From contig NC_043003.1 of NCBI RefSeq assembly GCF_006345805.1, forward strand, positions 99,014,001 to 99,078,000: a DNA stretch of 64,000 nt, written 5' to 3'. Under the pieces are notes generated by a model. The model had not been told where the DNA came from. It worked only from the letters and a program-made list of their open reading frames with translations, and did no database searches. Below are positions 40,706 to 55,760 of the stretch, piece after piece; the first letter of the stretch is position 1; each line of letters begins with the position of its first letter. The stretch is from Octopus sinensis. Lineage: Eukaryota. The position numbers were made by a program, and so were the translations under genes.

Positions 40706-41032
40706 GCACAGTGTAAATGTGTCTGTGTGTGTGTGTATGTGTATGTGATAATAGAGGCAGAAGTGTATGCTTGATTTTACAAGTTAAAAAATATGCAGAC
40801 GCGGCATATTTTGATGCAGTATTACAAAACGTTTTCAACCTGACTGGCAAAACAGAAGCCAAATAATGTAAAGATAATAAACCGCAAAAAATTGTTACAC
40901 ACGTAATTCGTGAAATTTGCACACAGATGAGCATATAAACGATACCCGGTGGCTTCCGTACGTGTTTTATATACAAGCAAACATTCAAAAATACGTACAT
41001 AAGCACGCATAGATACATATCTAAACACATAC

Positions 41033-41078
<46 letters not shown>

Positions 41079-41411
41079 GCATATATAAATGTGAGTACTT
41101 GTGTGTGTATGTGTGTGTTTGTAAGTATAGATAGATAGATAGATAGATAGACAGAGAGAGAGAGAGAGAGATACATACATACAAACATACATACATACAT
41201 ACATGCATACATACATGCATACACACATACATACATACATACATATATACATGCATACATACATACATACATACATACACACATACATACATACACACGT
41301 ACATACATACATACATACATACATACATACACACATACATACATACATACATACATACACACATGCATACATACATACATACATACATGCATACACACAT
41401 GCATACATACA

Positions 41412-41445
<34 letters not shown>

Positions 41446-41578
41446 CATACATATATACATACATACATACATACATACATACATACATACACACACACAT
41501 ACATACATACACACATATATACATACATATATACATACATACATACATACATACATACATACATACATACATACATTC
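40470..41578. repeat. (TAGA)n and long (TACA)n microsatellites
   Basis: Direct; explains the 384-aa MYVC repeat ORF. Confidence 0.9.
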
Positions 41579-42198
41579 GTAGACCAACAGATTTGAATAA
41601 TCTATCAAATTTGTATAATTTACTGCTGAAAGTAAAATTTCGATGGGGGAGAAAAGAGCGGGAAAATACAAGAAAATTATAAAAAATTTCGCCATATTAC
41701 TTTTGTTTTTTTTACAAAGTAATATTTTTGTAGGTTCCATTGAACAATTTCTTATTTTTAGACGCCGTTTTGACCATGTTTCGTGTTCCTGTCTGTATAT
41801 ATAATGCCATATGTTAATATTAATGTTAGCGTGTTAAATTAAGGAGAAAGCAGTTGAAATGAGCTAAGATGGTGTTTGTGTTGCCCGAAAGGAATGGAAA
41901 AATCCACTCCTTTCCATAATGTTGTTACGTTACTTCAAAGTTTTTGGACGAGTTTATTGTTTTATTTGTTTTTGTTTCTCTCTAGTTACAGTTTGCTTTC
42001 CGTTCTAAGTGTTTGTGAGCTTGTGACTGTGTATGTGGTCCTTCATTTATCTGGTGTAATCTGGGTGTAATTTCTTACTCGCTGTAAAGATATGTTTTCA
42101 TAAATTATGCGTGTGTATATATACATCATATATTACATATTATTATATATATATATATATATTATATATAATATATTGTATATATACATACTTATATA

Positions 42199-42242
<44 letters not shown>

Positions 42243-42336
42243 AAATGGATAATCCATTTACAGGTAAAATCAGATTTAGGTGAATCCAATTTTATAGTAA
42301 AATATTATATATTAATTAATCTAATTATATATATAA

Positions 42337-42392
<56 letters not shown>

Positions 42393-42456
42393 ATATATAT
42401 ATAAGTATATATATATATATTGATCAATAAAATAAAAACATGATGCGAAGGATTCA

Positions 42457-42531
42457 GCGGTACATATGTTTCGGGCCTTTATTAGACAGATTTATAACAA
42501 TGCTAATGTTTCTGTGGCCTTCTTCAGCCGC
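42457..42531 (-). ncRNA. Type I hammerhead ribozyme with long stem II, within a ~185-bp TA-flanked insert (42421-42608)
   Basis: GCGG-CTGAAGA-AGGCC-ACAGA..TCTGT..-GGCCC-GAAA-CATATG-TA-CCGC; palindromic stem III, GUA triplet. Confidence 0.8.
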
Positions 42532-42639
42532 GCACAACATCTTCCACAAGGACATGTGTTACATCAAATTCTTGGTTGGGATGCAAATCCTCTCATTCAC
42601 GTACGACATATATTATATACATATATATATATTATATAA

Positions 42640-42692
<53 letters not shown>

Positions 42693-42799
42693 ATATAGAT
42701 ATATATATATAGTTATATATAATGTGTGTGGTGTGTGTGTGTGTGTATGTATATATAATATATATATATCTATATATATATGTTTACATATATGTATGT

Positions 42800-43006
42800 C
42801 TGTGTTTTTCCCCACTATCGCTTGACAACCGATGCTGGTATGTTTACGTTCCAGTAAATTAGCGGTTCGGCAAATGAGAAACCGATATAATAAGTACTTA
42901 GCTTACAAAAAATAAGTTCTGGGGTCGAATTGCTCGACTAAAGGCGGTGCTCCAGCATGGCTGCAGTCAGATGACTGAAACTAGTAAAAGAGCAAAATAA
43001 AAGAGA
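42800..43006 (+). mobile_element. SINE A 3' half
   Basis: Family consensus match. Confidence 0.85.
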
Positions 43007-43131
43007 ATACATATATATATTACATCCGCATATGTACATACGTATATTTACGTATGTCGAATATATGCATAACAACATGTAAATACTGTTTCAATTTTTG
43101 ACACAAGTCCAGCAATACTAGGGAAGGGACT

Positions 43132-43523
43132 GGATGGAAGCACTCCGTCGGTTACGACGACGAGGGTTCCGGTTGATCCGAATCAACGGAACAGCCTGCT
43201 CGTGAAATTAACGTGTAAGTGGCTGAGCACTCCACAGACACGTGTACTCTTAACGTAGTTCTCGGGGATATTCAGCGTGACACAGAGAGTGACAAGGCCG
43301 GCCCTTTGAAATACAGGTACAACAGAAACAGGAAGTAAGAGTGAGAGAAAGTTGTGGTGAAAGAGTACAGCAGGGATCACCACCATCCCCTGCCGGAGGG
43401 TCGTGGAGCTTTAGGTGTTTTCGCTCAATAAACACTCACAACGCCCGGTCTGGGAATCGAAACCGCGAGACTATGACCGCGAGACTATGACCGCGAGTCC
43501 GCTGCCCTAACCACTGGGCCATT
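43132..43523 (-). mobile_element. Young SINE C nested in an old SINE B remnant
   Basis: TSD gggaagg(g/t)act at 43121-43131 and 43524-43534; near-identical to 49715-50098. Confidence 0.9.
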
Positions 43524-43859
43524 GGGAAGGTACTAACTGATTATAACAATGTCAGTGTTCAACTGGTGCGTACTTTATTGACCCCGAAAGGATAAAAGAT
43601 GAAAGGGAACTCAGTGGAATTTGAACTCAGAGCATAAAAACGGACGAATAGTGTGTAAATATTCAATTAAAAAACTCATGGTTGGATTAGTCGAACGGAT
43701 AATGTATACATACACACAAAGACACGCACACACACGTGCGCATGCGCACATGCACACGCATAAATACACATATACACACAAGATATATGCATGTATGCAT
43801 GCTTGCATGTATGTCTCTTCTATTTTTTGATTATTATAAATGTTCCATTGAGGAGGGAA

Positions 43860-44465
43860 CTGGTTTCTAAGAAAGAAGCAAGGTTCCATCTTAGGGATGT
43901 AGCTAACACAGACAAATTCACATTCGGAACTTGAGAAATGTCTTCCATATTTTTACTCTTCCACTCCCTGATTGCACTTGTAATGTACGAATTAACCAGT
44001 TGATTTCTCTTTCTGAAAATCCCAGTTTATCCAAATTCTCCTTTAAGAATTTACTAACAAAACCTAGTGTTCCAGTTATTATTGGTATGAATATGAATTC
44101 ATAGCCTGGATATAGAAGCCGGAAGCTTCCAAGCAGTTGTCCATAGATATCCCCTTTTTCTTTGAGTTTCAAGGAGCAGCTGACCTCTATGATGGTACAC
44201 TCCTTTACCCCTCCGTCCCAAACAATATCAGGCCTGTTATGTTTATGTTTGACAGAGGTTTGATGGGAATATTCCATCGGTATTCCTTGAATTGGAATGT
44301 ATTCCATAACAGAAGGATTTTTAAAGTTTATTTCAGGATAGTCTTTTTTTTGCGGATGGCATTGTAAATTGTTTTAACAACAACATCATGCCGCATAGGG
44401 AGGTAGTACCGTGACGATATTTTAGGACAGCTGCTAATCACATGCGTGATGTCTTCCACAGAAAA
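43860..44465 (-). mobile_element. R4/Dong-like LINE C-terminus (CCHC knuckle, restriction-like endonuclease)
   Basis: EDITHVISSCP..YLPMRHD, KHNRPDIV, IIEVSC, YGQL..LYP..PIITGTLG. Confidence 0.85.
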
Positions 44466-44999
44466 ATGACATATATGTATGTATGTAGGTATGTATGTAT
44501 GTATGTATGTATGTATGTATGTATCACATGCTTGATATTTTCCACAGAAACATGACATGTATGTATGTATGTTACACTTGCCCAAGGTACCACGCAGTGG
44601 GAATAAACTCGGAATCATGTGGTTGGTAAGCAAGCTACTTACCACACATCCCTGCGAGAGAGAGTATGTGTGTGAGAGGGAGAGAGAGAGTGAAAGATAG
44701 TTTAAATTGTATATCATTAAATTTTTTAACCCGTCTATTGATTAACGTCCTCGTCCTTAATCGTCACGTTTTATATAAGAAAATGAATTCAGCCCCTCCT
44801 AAATAGAAAAAAATACTGTTGTGAACACTCCTTGCACTTTTTATTCAATCCTTAGATCCCTCGTGGCTAATAAAGAAAATATCTCTTTCATTACTGTCAT
44901 GATCTTCATCATCATCATCAGCAGCAGCAGCATTTATTACTATTACATTTGGATTTTGTTTTAATTTATACGAGTTGCACCCAAATCTCAACCAGAAAC

Positions 45000-46530
45000 A
45001 TCATGGGACAACAAAGGATTGTACCTCAGGGTGCTAACAGGTGACGTGTCATGCATTTGAAAACACTGATATCCGAGAGAGAGAAAAAAACACAGAGTGG
45101 GTAAGGTTGCATTTCCATGGAGAAGAATTACGTACATGTGAGACCCATAAGTGTGATCTTTTGTAATATGCTTATTTTGAGGGCTGCCAGGGACTTGGTC
45201 TGGATATTTGTTAGCTCCTCTTTATATAAACTGCTTTGAGATATCATATTCTTCTGATTTCAATCTACAGCTCCTTACACTTGCTAAATCTTTCAAAGGT
45301 TTTCAAAGATGTGTTTTTTTTTTTTTTTTGTTTTTTTGGCTTTTGTCAGTTGGGATTGCAACGTCCATCAGAAGTCTTTTCAGTATGATTTTTCCCCACA
45401 AGACCTCGCCAGTTTGCCTATATCTCCCGATCAGTATGATCATTATTATGAACCTCCCGGGTGTTGATAGCTTCGATCTTATTCCGCCTGTTTAATTTCG
45501 AGTTAAGGTTCAGTCTCAGTTTGCGCAAGTATTCCACCTTAAATTTTTCTGTCATTTCTTTCTCCATCAATATATCCATTTCCAAAATCCCCAAGTACTT
45601 ATAGCCCGTCTCCTCTATCTGCTTCATTACCTCTCCCGACGGTATCGTTAGCCCGTCCATACATTTGATTTTGCCTCTCTTCAAGACTAACACACCACAC
45701 TTACTCAGTCCGAACTCCATTCTGATATCAGCACTGAAGGTATACACCGTATCAAGGAGGGAACCGACTTGGGCTTCATCTTTACCATAAAGTTTGAGGT
45801 CATCCATGAATAGCAAATGGTTGACTTTTTGTTGGCGGCTTTTGAATAGATACCCAGCTTTTGCTTTCCTCAGAATCAGTGGTATCAAACACAATAAAAA
45901 GACGAGTGGGAACAAGCAGTCCCCTTGGAAGATGCCTCTCCTAATTTCTACTGTCCCTAAAATTGTCCGTCCTCCAATTCGGTATTCTTTTTCCAATCAT
46001 TCGCTCAATATTCGATGCAATACCAAATAGATTCATATACTCCATAATCCAAGAATGTGGTATCATATAGTACACTTTACGATAGTCGATCCATGACATG
46101 GCTAAGTTACTTTCCCTCCTCTTGCAGTCTCTAAGTACAGTTTTGTCTATCAGGAGTTGATCCTTGGTACCTCTGCACTTACGCTTGCAGCCCTACTGCT
46201 CATGTAGCAGGACTCCATTTTTTCCAGATGTTCGTACATTGACTCTGCGAATATTCCAGTCAATAACTTCATCACAAGTGGCAAACAGAATATCGGCCTG
46301 TAATTGTCTACCGTATTGCCTTTTTCGATGTTTTTCAGGCATAGTACTGTCCTACGCAATGTCAACCACTCTGGTGTTACTTGGTCTGCATTTAACAAGG
46401 TGTTGAGTTGCGCAGCTGTTCCTGCATGACATTCACCAAATCTTTTGATCCAGTAACCTTGAACTCCATCTGGTCCCGGAGCCTTCTAGTTGCTCATTTT
46501 TTAATTTTTTTTATTTCCTTCACTTCCCTA
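45000..46530 (-). mobile_element. R4/Dong-like LINE, internally deleted RT plus RLE pseudogene
   Basis: [60 protein letters not shown]. Confidence 0.9.
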
Positions 46531-46659
46531 ACTGAAATGACTGCTTTCAGTTACTCCATTACTACTTTCAGGCCCTTTCTTTCAATATTATACTTCCTTT
46601 TTCAGCGCCCTGTATTTTTGCTCGCTTTTAAACTCCCCTTTCTCTTTTCGGTCTAACAC

Positions 46660-46870
46660 AGAGATTGCTAGCAGAATGATAACACGCCAGGCGAAATGCT
46701 TAGCGATATTTCGCTTGTCACTCCGTTCTGAGTTCAAATTCCGCCGATGTCAACTTTGCCTTTCATCCTTTCGGGGTCGATAAATTAAGTACCATTGAAA
46801 CACTGGGGTTGATGTAATCGAATTAATACCCTCCCACAAGCTGTCCTTGTGGCAAAAAAAATTGAACTCA

Positions 46871-46910
<40 letters not shown>

Positions 46911-47115
46911 GAAGGCAGTGAGCTGGCAGAATCTTAAGCAGCCCAGGTGAAATGCTTAGTGGCATGTCGTCCGTCCTTAAGTTTTGAGTTCCAATTCCGC
47001 CGAGGTTAACTTTGCCTTCCATCCTCACACAGTCGATAAAATAAGTACCAGTTACACACTGGGGTCGATGTAATCGACTCATCCCCACATCCCACAAGCT
47101 GCCCTTGTGAAAAAA
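46660..47115 (+). mobile_element. Two SINE B copies separated by (TTA)n
   Basis: Family consensus match. Confidence 0.85.
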
Positions 47116-47613
47116 ATTTTTAAATAGTAATAATAACTATTAGTATTATTATGATCATCATCATCAGCAGCAGCATCAGCATATCATCATCATCAACATC
47201 ATCATCATCATCATCATTAATGAACGCTGCATATAGGCAGACTTGTTAAAGCGACCGACATCATACTTAACATCATTTCGTCACATCTCTTTATGTCTTC
47301 ATCCTTGTTATCTTTTAACACCCTGATTCTGTTTTTACTGCAACAACCCTTAACATACTTCCCTGTCAAGTTACTTGGGCTTTCATAGTATTCAACTTAT
47401 TTATCATACGATATATTTGGTCAGAAGAAATCATGAAGTATATCAGAGTATACAAATTACTTATGCTTTGATTGTAATATCAAGGCAGTTTGCTTTGATC
47501 TGCTTGTCGGTTAGAACAAGAATATTATTCTAGATTACAGAAACCAGATCGTTGACATACAAGTTTCGTACGTTCTTACATCATTTCTTCCACTTTATCC
47601 ATCGAATAGTCAC

Positions 47614-48410
47614 AGACGCAGGTGTGGCTTTGTGCTAAGAAGTTTGCTTCCCAGCCATATGGTTCCGGGTTCAGTCCCAATGCGTGGTGCTTTGAGCAAG
47701 TGCATTCTACAATAGACCGGATGACCAAAGGATTGTGGGTAGACGGAAACTAGCAGAATCTCGTCGTTTGTTTGTGTGCGTGCATATCTCTTTTTTTTTT
47801 ACTCTTTTACTTATTTCAGGCATTTGACTGCGGCCATGCTGGAGCACCGTCTTTTAGTGGAGCAAATCGACCCCGGGACTTATTCTTTGTAAGCCCAGTA
47901 CTTATTCTATCGGTCTCTTTTGCCGAACCGCTAGGTAACGGGGACATAAACACACCAGCATCGGTTGTCAAGCAATGCTACGGGACAAACACAGACACAC
48001 AAACACATACACACACATATACATATATACATATATACGACAGGCTTCTTTCAGTTTCCGTCTATCAAATCCACTCACAAGGCATTGGTCTGCCCGGGGC
48101 TATAGCAGAATACACATGCTCAAGATGCCACGCAGTGGGACTGAACCTAGAACCATGTGGTTGGTTAGCAAGCTACTTACCACACAGCCACTCCTACGCC
48201 TATGTTTATGTTTATATTGGTCTCCAACAACCGCTCTACAACCGGTGTTGGTTTGTTTCGTAGCGACTCGGCAAAAATAAGCTGATAGAATAAGTAATAG
48301 GCTTCATGAAAAAATAAGTACTGGGGTTGATACGTTCGACTAAAACATTTCAAGGAGTTACCCCAGCATGGCCGCAGTCAAATTACTGAAACAAGCAAAA
48401 CACAAAAAAG
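47614..48410. mobile_element. Old SINE A (+) with a young SINE A (-, 47788-48202) nested in its microsatellite
   Basis: Head 47614-47766 and tail 48225-48410 flank an inverted full copy. Confidence 0.8.
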
Positions 48411-48544
48411 ATATTACTTACATTGCATAGCTGCTTCCTTGTTCTTGTCAACGAATACTTTCTGTCTTTGCAAAGACTAAAACAGGTAGATATGATACGA
48501 TTAAGTGGGGTGGAGATTCGGTGCTGACAGCGTGTGCTGTGGAT

Positions 48545-48914
48545 TATTCTTTTATTCTTTTATTCTTTTATTCTTTTACTTGTTTCAGTCAGTTGATTGC
48601 GGCCATGCTGGAGTACCGCCTTTAATCGAGTAACTCGACCCCGAACCGCTAAGTAACGGGGACATAAACACACCAACAAAGGTTGTCAAGCAATGCTAGA
48701 GGGACAAACACAGATACACAAACACGCATATATATATATATACATATATACGACGGGCTTCTTTCAGTCTCCGTCTACCAAATCCACTCACAAGGCTTTG
48801 GTCGCCCGAGGCTATAGTAGAAGACACTTGCTCAAGGTGCCACACAGTGGTACTGAACCCGGAACCATGTGGTTGGTAAACAAGCTACTTACCACACAGC
48901 CACTCCTGCGCCTA
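48545..48914 (-). mobile_element. SINE A with internal deletion
   Basis: Family consensus match. Confidence 0.88.
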
Positions 48915-49184
48915 TACTATATTAGTTTGTTTTTTTTTTGTTTTATTATTACTTTTGCAGGTTTTGTAACTTTATTATAACTATTCTGCATGGAAGATGG
49001 ATAAGCATAATCGTTTGTGTCGAAAAATGTTTGGCGTTATTTGCTCCAGCTCTTAATGTTTCGAGTTCAAATCCCATCGAGGGCAGCTCTGCCTTTTATC
49101 CCTCCGGGATCGATAGCTTAAGGTGCCAAGTCAAGTACTCAGCTCAATGGTATCAAGTAACAAACTAAAATTTACTGATTTGAA

Positions 49185-49229
<45 letters not shown>

Positions 49230-49399
49230 GTTGATAGATATAGAGATATTCGTATCCAAGATTGAAAAATATAGATAGATTGACAGAATATGACAAATTG
49301 TAACATGTAACTACAAAGAAACAGGAAGAAATAGAGATAAGAAAGGAAAAGAAAGAAAAACAAAAAAAAAGTAAAGCAGCAGAGGAGGAAGGGGTAGGG

Positions 49400-50520
49400 T
49401 GCGATGGGCCACATACCCTACAATAAACGGTGTACTCAGCCGTGCCCTACGGTGATGACCGCGATGGTGCTGCTGCGGAGAATATCCAGCGATAATCGCT
49501 GCAACAACTACTCCACCTCGTGCGGCTCGTTTCTCAGTTGTGCCTCCGTTATCCTGATTTTAGGGAAGAAATCGGTAATACGGGGTCCGAGAACACATGA
49601 CGTCTCGACAATAATCGGCATAAACAGATAGGGGACGATCAGGCCCCTGTATTTATTGAACTTTCTTTCCTCCGCAATACGGGCGGCGATACACAGGTTT
49701 GCAGCCGATACAGCTGGAAGCACTCCGTCGGTTACGACGACGAGGGTTCCGGTTGATCCGAATCAACGGAACAGCCTGCTCGTGAAATTAACGTGTAAGT
49801 GGCTGAGCACTCCACAGACACGTGTACCCTTAACGTAGTTCTCGGGGATATTCAGCGTGACACAAAGAGTGACAAGGCCGGCCCTTTGAAATACAGGTAC
49901 AACAGAAACAGGAAGTAAGAGTGAGAGAAAACTGTGGTGAAAGAGTACAGCAGGGAACACCACCATCCCCTGCCGGAGCCTCGTGGAGCTTTAGGTGTTT
50001 TCGCTCAATAAACACTCACAACGCCCGGTCTGGGAATCGAAACTGCGATCCTATGACCGCGAGTCCGCTGCCCTAACCACTGGGCCATTGCGCCTCCACA
50101 GCCGATACAGCAAGGCTGGAGTCTCAGAACGTGTCACTGCGCGTAGCATCTCAAACTAGGGATCTGAATAATTGTTAACGACTTAGTAATATAACAAATG
50201 TAAGCTGTAATGTACAATATAAATTTTTAGAACTAACAAAGGAAGCCAAATACAAGTTTCATTGACTCGTGCATTTTTTTTTAATTTTGTAAATATATTT
50301 TTCGTCGCGCAGTAAAGATATTTAATAATAAAGATATTTAATAACACATGACGTCTCGACAATAATCGGCATAAACAGATAGGGGACGATCAGACCCCTG
50401 TATTTATTGAACTTTCTTTCCTCCGCAATACGGGCGGCGACACAAAGGTTTGCAGCCGATACAGCAAGGCTGGAGTCTCAGAACGTGTCACTGCGCGTAG
50501 CATCTCAAACAAGGGATCTG
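49400..50520 (-). mobile_element. CRE-clade LINE RLE-domain fragment, partly tandem-duplicated
   Basis: SLV*DAT.SDT, AARIAEERKFNKYRGL..YLFMPIIVETSCVLG, LLQRLSLDILR; segment repeated at 50344-50700. Confidence 0.75.
49715..50098 (-). mobile_element. Young full-length SINE C with 13-bp TSD
   Basis: cagccgatacagc at 49702-49714 and 50099-50111; empty site preserved in the duplicate near 50453. Confidence 0.95.
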
Positions 50521-50973
50521 AATAATTGTTAACGACTTCGCTTAGTAATATAACAAATGTACTCTGTAATGTACAATATAATTTTTTTTAAATAACAGAG
50601 GAAGCCTGGTAATAAAAGCCAAATACAAGTTTCGTTGACTCATGCATTTTTTAAAAAAGTTTATAAATATATTTTTCGTCGCGCAGTAAAGATATTTAAT
50701 AATATCTTTAATTGCACAAACGAAATTTAACGTCTGACATTTGACACAAGGCTCTAGTGACTATGACCTTATCTGCACCTGTACTAAGTCTGAGGTCAGT
50801 TTTGGTACATGCACAAGTTTACAATCAGTGTATCAGTTTCGACCTCCTACATACAAAAACATGCAATAGCAGTGGATCTGTGCGTATGTATCTAAATACA
50901 TAAATTTGTGTTTTGTGTGCGTGAATGTATGTGTTTGTATACTCAGACACACACATACACGCACACACATATC

Positions 50974-51189
50974 GGTGCAGGAGTGGCTCTGTGGTAAGAA
51001 GCTTGCTTCTCAACCACACGGTTCCAGGTTCAATATCACTGCATGGCACCTGGGGAAAGTGCCTTCTGTGATAGCTTCGGGGCGACACAGCCTTGTGAGG
51101 GGATTTGGAAACTGAAAGAAGCCCGTCGTATATATATATGTATATGTATATATATATGTATATATATTCCCTTTTGGATTAAAATTATA

Positions 51190-51228
<39 letters not shown>

Positions 51229-51416
51229 TGTGTGTGTGTGTGTGTGTGTATGCATGTATGTATGCATGTATGTATGTATGTATGTATTTGTGTGTGTGTG
51301 TTTGTTCCCCCATCATCGCTTAACAACCGATGTTGGTTTGTTTACGTCCCTGTAACTTAGCGGTGCTCCAACATGACAAGAGTGAAATGTCTGAAGCATG
51401 TAAAAGAATAAAAGAA
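50974..51416 (+). mobile_element. SINE A, diverged with deletions
   Basis: Family consensus match. Confidence 0.8.
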
Positions 51417-52599
51417 TATATATATGTATATATATATATATGCATACATACATATGTGTACATACATATATTTGTATATGCATGCATATATGTGCACAGG
51501 ATACCACGGAACGTAAACAACATGAAATACGAAAAACGAAAACATAGAATACGAACTTATTTTGCGAACAATGAAAGAAGCAAAGGGGAAATAATACAAG
51601 TAACATGAAAAAATGACCCTTCATCAGTTGTTGGCTGTTTTTTTACTTCATATTTCGAGCATTTCACAAGATATGTTTTCGTCATAACAGTTGCTCCCGC
51701 AAAGCAAAGTAAATAAAATTTGCGATTTTGCGGAGGGTTAAAGTTGATAACATAAACAAATATATATATGTATGTATATATATGCATATATACATTGACG
51801 TCATGGGAAATATTTCAACTTTCAAAAGAATGTAAAATAATCCCTTTTTTTGGGGGGGAACAAGGGATCTCGAAACATGTAAAGCTTCTGAATATCGAGT
51901 TGAAGAACCCTTTTAGATATAAAGGCTGCCTCTCGTGTTTACCAAGAGTTGTGGGTTCGAGTCCTATGGCCAGCCTTCGAACTTTTCTATCTAAAAGGAT
52001 CTGTGATCCCAGTCTTCACAAGCCATTATTTATAGTTTAAAATACCTCAAGATTCAATGTTCCAAAAGCAAATTCTTTCACGATCTCCAAGTTTCTGAAT
52101 TCTCATGACGTCTAAAATGTATCTATATCTATCTATGGGTATATGATTGAGTATATTTGTGTGTGTGTGAGTATAATACTGTCCTATAAATAAAACTATA
52201 AAAATAAGCATATTTCTTTTGTTGTGCGATAAAAAAGGAGAGGAGTTACCTGGCTGACAGTTTCACGACTTGTTGACCGCTCCTCAGACAGACACTAATA
52301 AACATACATACATACATTCACATGGATACATTAATATGCACCCCTACACACACACACATACACACACAAACAAAAGCACATAGGCATGCATAAGAAGTGA
52401 AGTGACTGTTCGTTTCTTTCATATGTATGCCATTTTTTAAAACTTTATTTGCGTGTGTGAGAGTGTGTGCGAATGTCTATGTACGTATGTGCGTGTGTGT
52501 TCTTTTTATGTTCGTCATTTTTCGCCATTTAAAAAAAAATCTTCCATCAGCTACAGTAAAAAAAATTCTCAAAACACGTCTTGAAATATTGTATTCGAA

Positions 52600-53411
<812 letters not shown>

Positions 53412-54115
53412 TATGTGAAATAGAAGATGATAATCTTGTAGTAGATTAATCAAAGTTTAACCGATACCTTAGTAGCAATCGGATTTTGGTAATTTGTGCC
53501 TTTCGAAACACGTGTAGAATGAAATAAAACGATTTCTGTTCAATCTGCGTTCAGCTCCATTTCTTCAATTCACCAATAATGTATATATATATATAATATA
53601 TATATATATTCAGGACGGGCTTCTTTCTGTCTATCAAATCCACTTAAAAGGCTTTGGTCGGCCCGAGGATATAGCAGAAGACATATACCCAAGGTGCCAC
53701 AGAATGAGACTCAATCTGGAATAATGTCGTTTGGGAGCAAGCTTCTTACCACACAGCCACGCCAGCGTTTTATTGCTGTTCATGTTATTATTGGTATTCA
53801 AGTTTATCCTTGTCATCATATAATTTGCTGGTTTTGTCGTTGATATGTTTCATATCGTGGTTTTTGTCATTTATGTAGCATTTGCCTACTTGTTTCACAG
53901 CAATTTCATTTTGCGGGGAGTAGTAAGAGGAAGAGTTGATCCCCCCTTTTTTTATACCCCTAATTGCAGTTGTTGTTGTTGTCATCGTCGTGGTTGTTGA
54001 TGTTGTTCTTGTGGTTTTTTGTTGTTATGTTTGTTTTCTATGATGTCGTTTGTGACGTCGCTTATCTTTATAGGACGGATATTTTTTTCTCTCTCTGTCT
54101 ACAATAGTTTCTTCT

Positions 54116-54172
<57 letters not shown>

Positions 54173-54594
54173 TTATGCATGAATGTATGTGTATGTATGC
54201 GTGTAGATATATAGATAGACAGACAGACAGACATATACACATACATTAATATGGACTACATACGTGCAATATGTATGCGTCTGCTATTTCTATGCTTATA
54301 TCTATCTACCTATCCATCCATCTAACTATGTTTAAATGTGTGTATATAATTGTATACATGTATAAATGCACATGGATATATATGTGTGTGTGTGTGTATG
54401 TATGTATGTGAGTGTGTTCGTGTGTGAGCGTGCGGCTGTGAGTGCATGTATGTTTATAAATGCATGTATATGTATATTTATATATATATATATACGCACA
54501 CACGTACATATATGCATATATGCATATGCGAGTGAGAGTATACATGTATATGAGCATACATTGCTTATATGCATTATATTTGCAAGCTCAACAT

Positions 54595-54744
<150 letters not shown>

Positions 54745-55069
54745 ATATATATATATATATTATGCATGTATTTGTATATGTATGCATGTGTGTGTGTATG
54801 CGTGTGGGGAACGGTGCATGTATAGAAGTGTGCGGTTGTGTGTGCATATATGAATACATCCGACTGTACCCAAAACAATATGCTCAAACTGTAATTCCAA
54901 CTAGCTGAGAATTCACCTTATCTTGATGGATGCATCACAACAACCCTGTGACTCAGTCCTCTCCCCACAAATACTGTCCTCAGTACACCCATTTTCCATA
55001 TAATACAATTACGCTTACTATAGTATGGTGTTGTATTTATATTCATGGTAGTCTATGTTAGTGAGGGTA

Positions 55070-55467
55070 TACTCTCTTTTACTCTTTTACTTGTTTCAAT
55101 CATTTGACTGCGGCCATGCTGGAGCACCGCCTTTTAATCGAGCAAATCGACCCCGGGACTTATTCTTTTGTAAGCCCAGTACTTATTCTATCGGTCTCTT
55201 TTTCCGAACCGCTAAGTAACGGGGACATAAACACACCAGCATCGGTTGTCAAGCAATGCTAGGGGACAAACACAGACACACAAACACACGCACGCATATA
55301 TATATGTACATATATACGACGGGCTTCTTTCAGTTTCCGTCTACCAAATCCACTCACAAGGCTTTGGTCGGCCCGAGGCTATAGTAGAAGACACTTGCCC
55401 AAGATGCCACGCAGTGGGACTCAACCCGGAACCATGTGGTTGGTAAACAAGCTACTTACCACACAGC
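55070..55467 (-). mobile_element. SINE A
   Basis: Family consensus match. Confidence 0.9.
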
Positions 55468-55760
55468 ACACACGCACCAACATACAATTCACACACACAC
55501 ACACACTCACACATACACATATACAAGTGTGTGATGTATGCGCGTGTGTATGTGTGTATGTGTGCCTTTGCTATGCGTGAGTGTGTGTACTTGGAACGTA
55601 TGTGCACGTACAGTCGTGACCAAATGTTTAGGACATTTTTTTTTTAAATTCATATTGTTATACCCAAATATATACATCGATCCAAATATATACAATGTAT
55701 ATATTTGAGCATTTAATATAAAATTATAATTTTCAGACTTCTTGACCGAATAATAATATA

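Noticed and set aside
40422-41740. Long ORFs (384, 248, 239 aa) and all similar YI/MYVC/HT-repeat ORFs
   Set aside because: Translations of (TACA)n, (TA)n, (CA)n and (TAGA)n microsatellites; no protein signal
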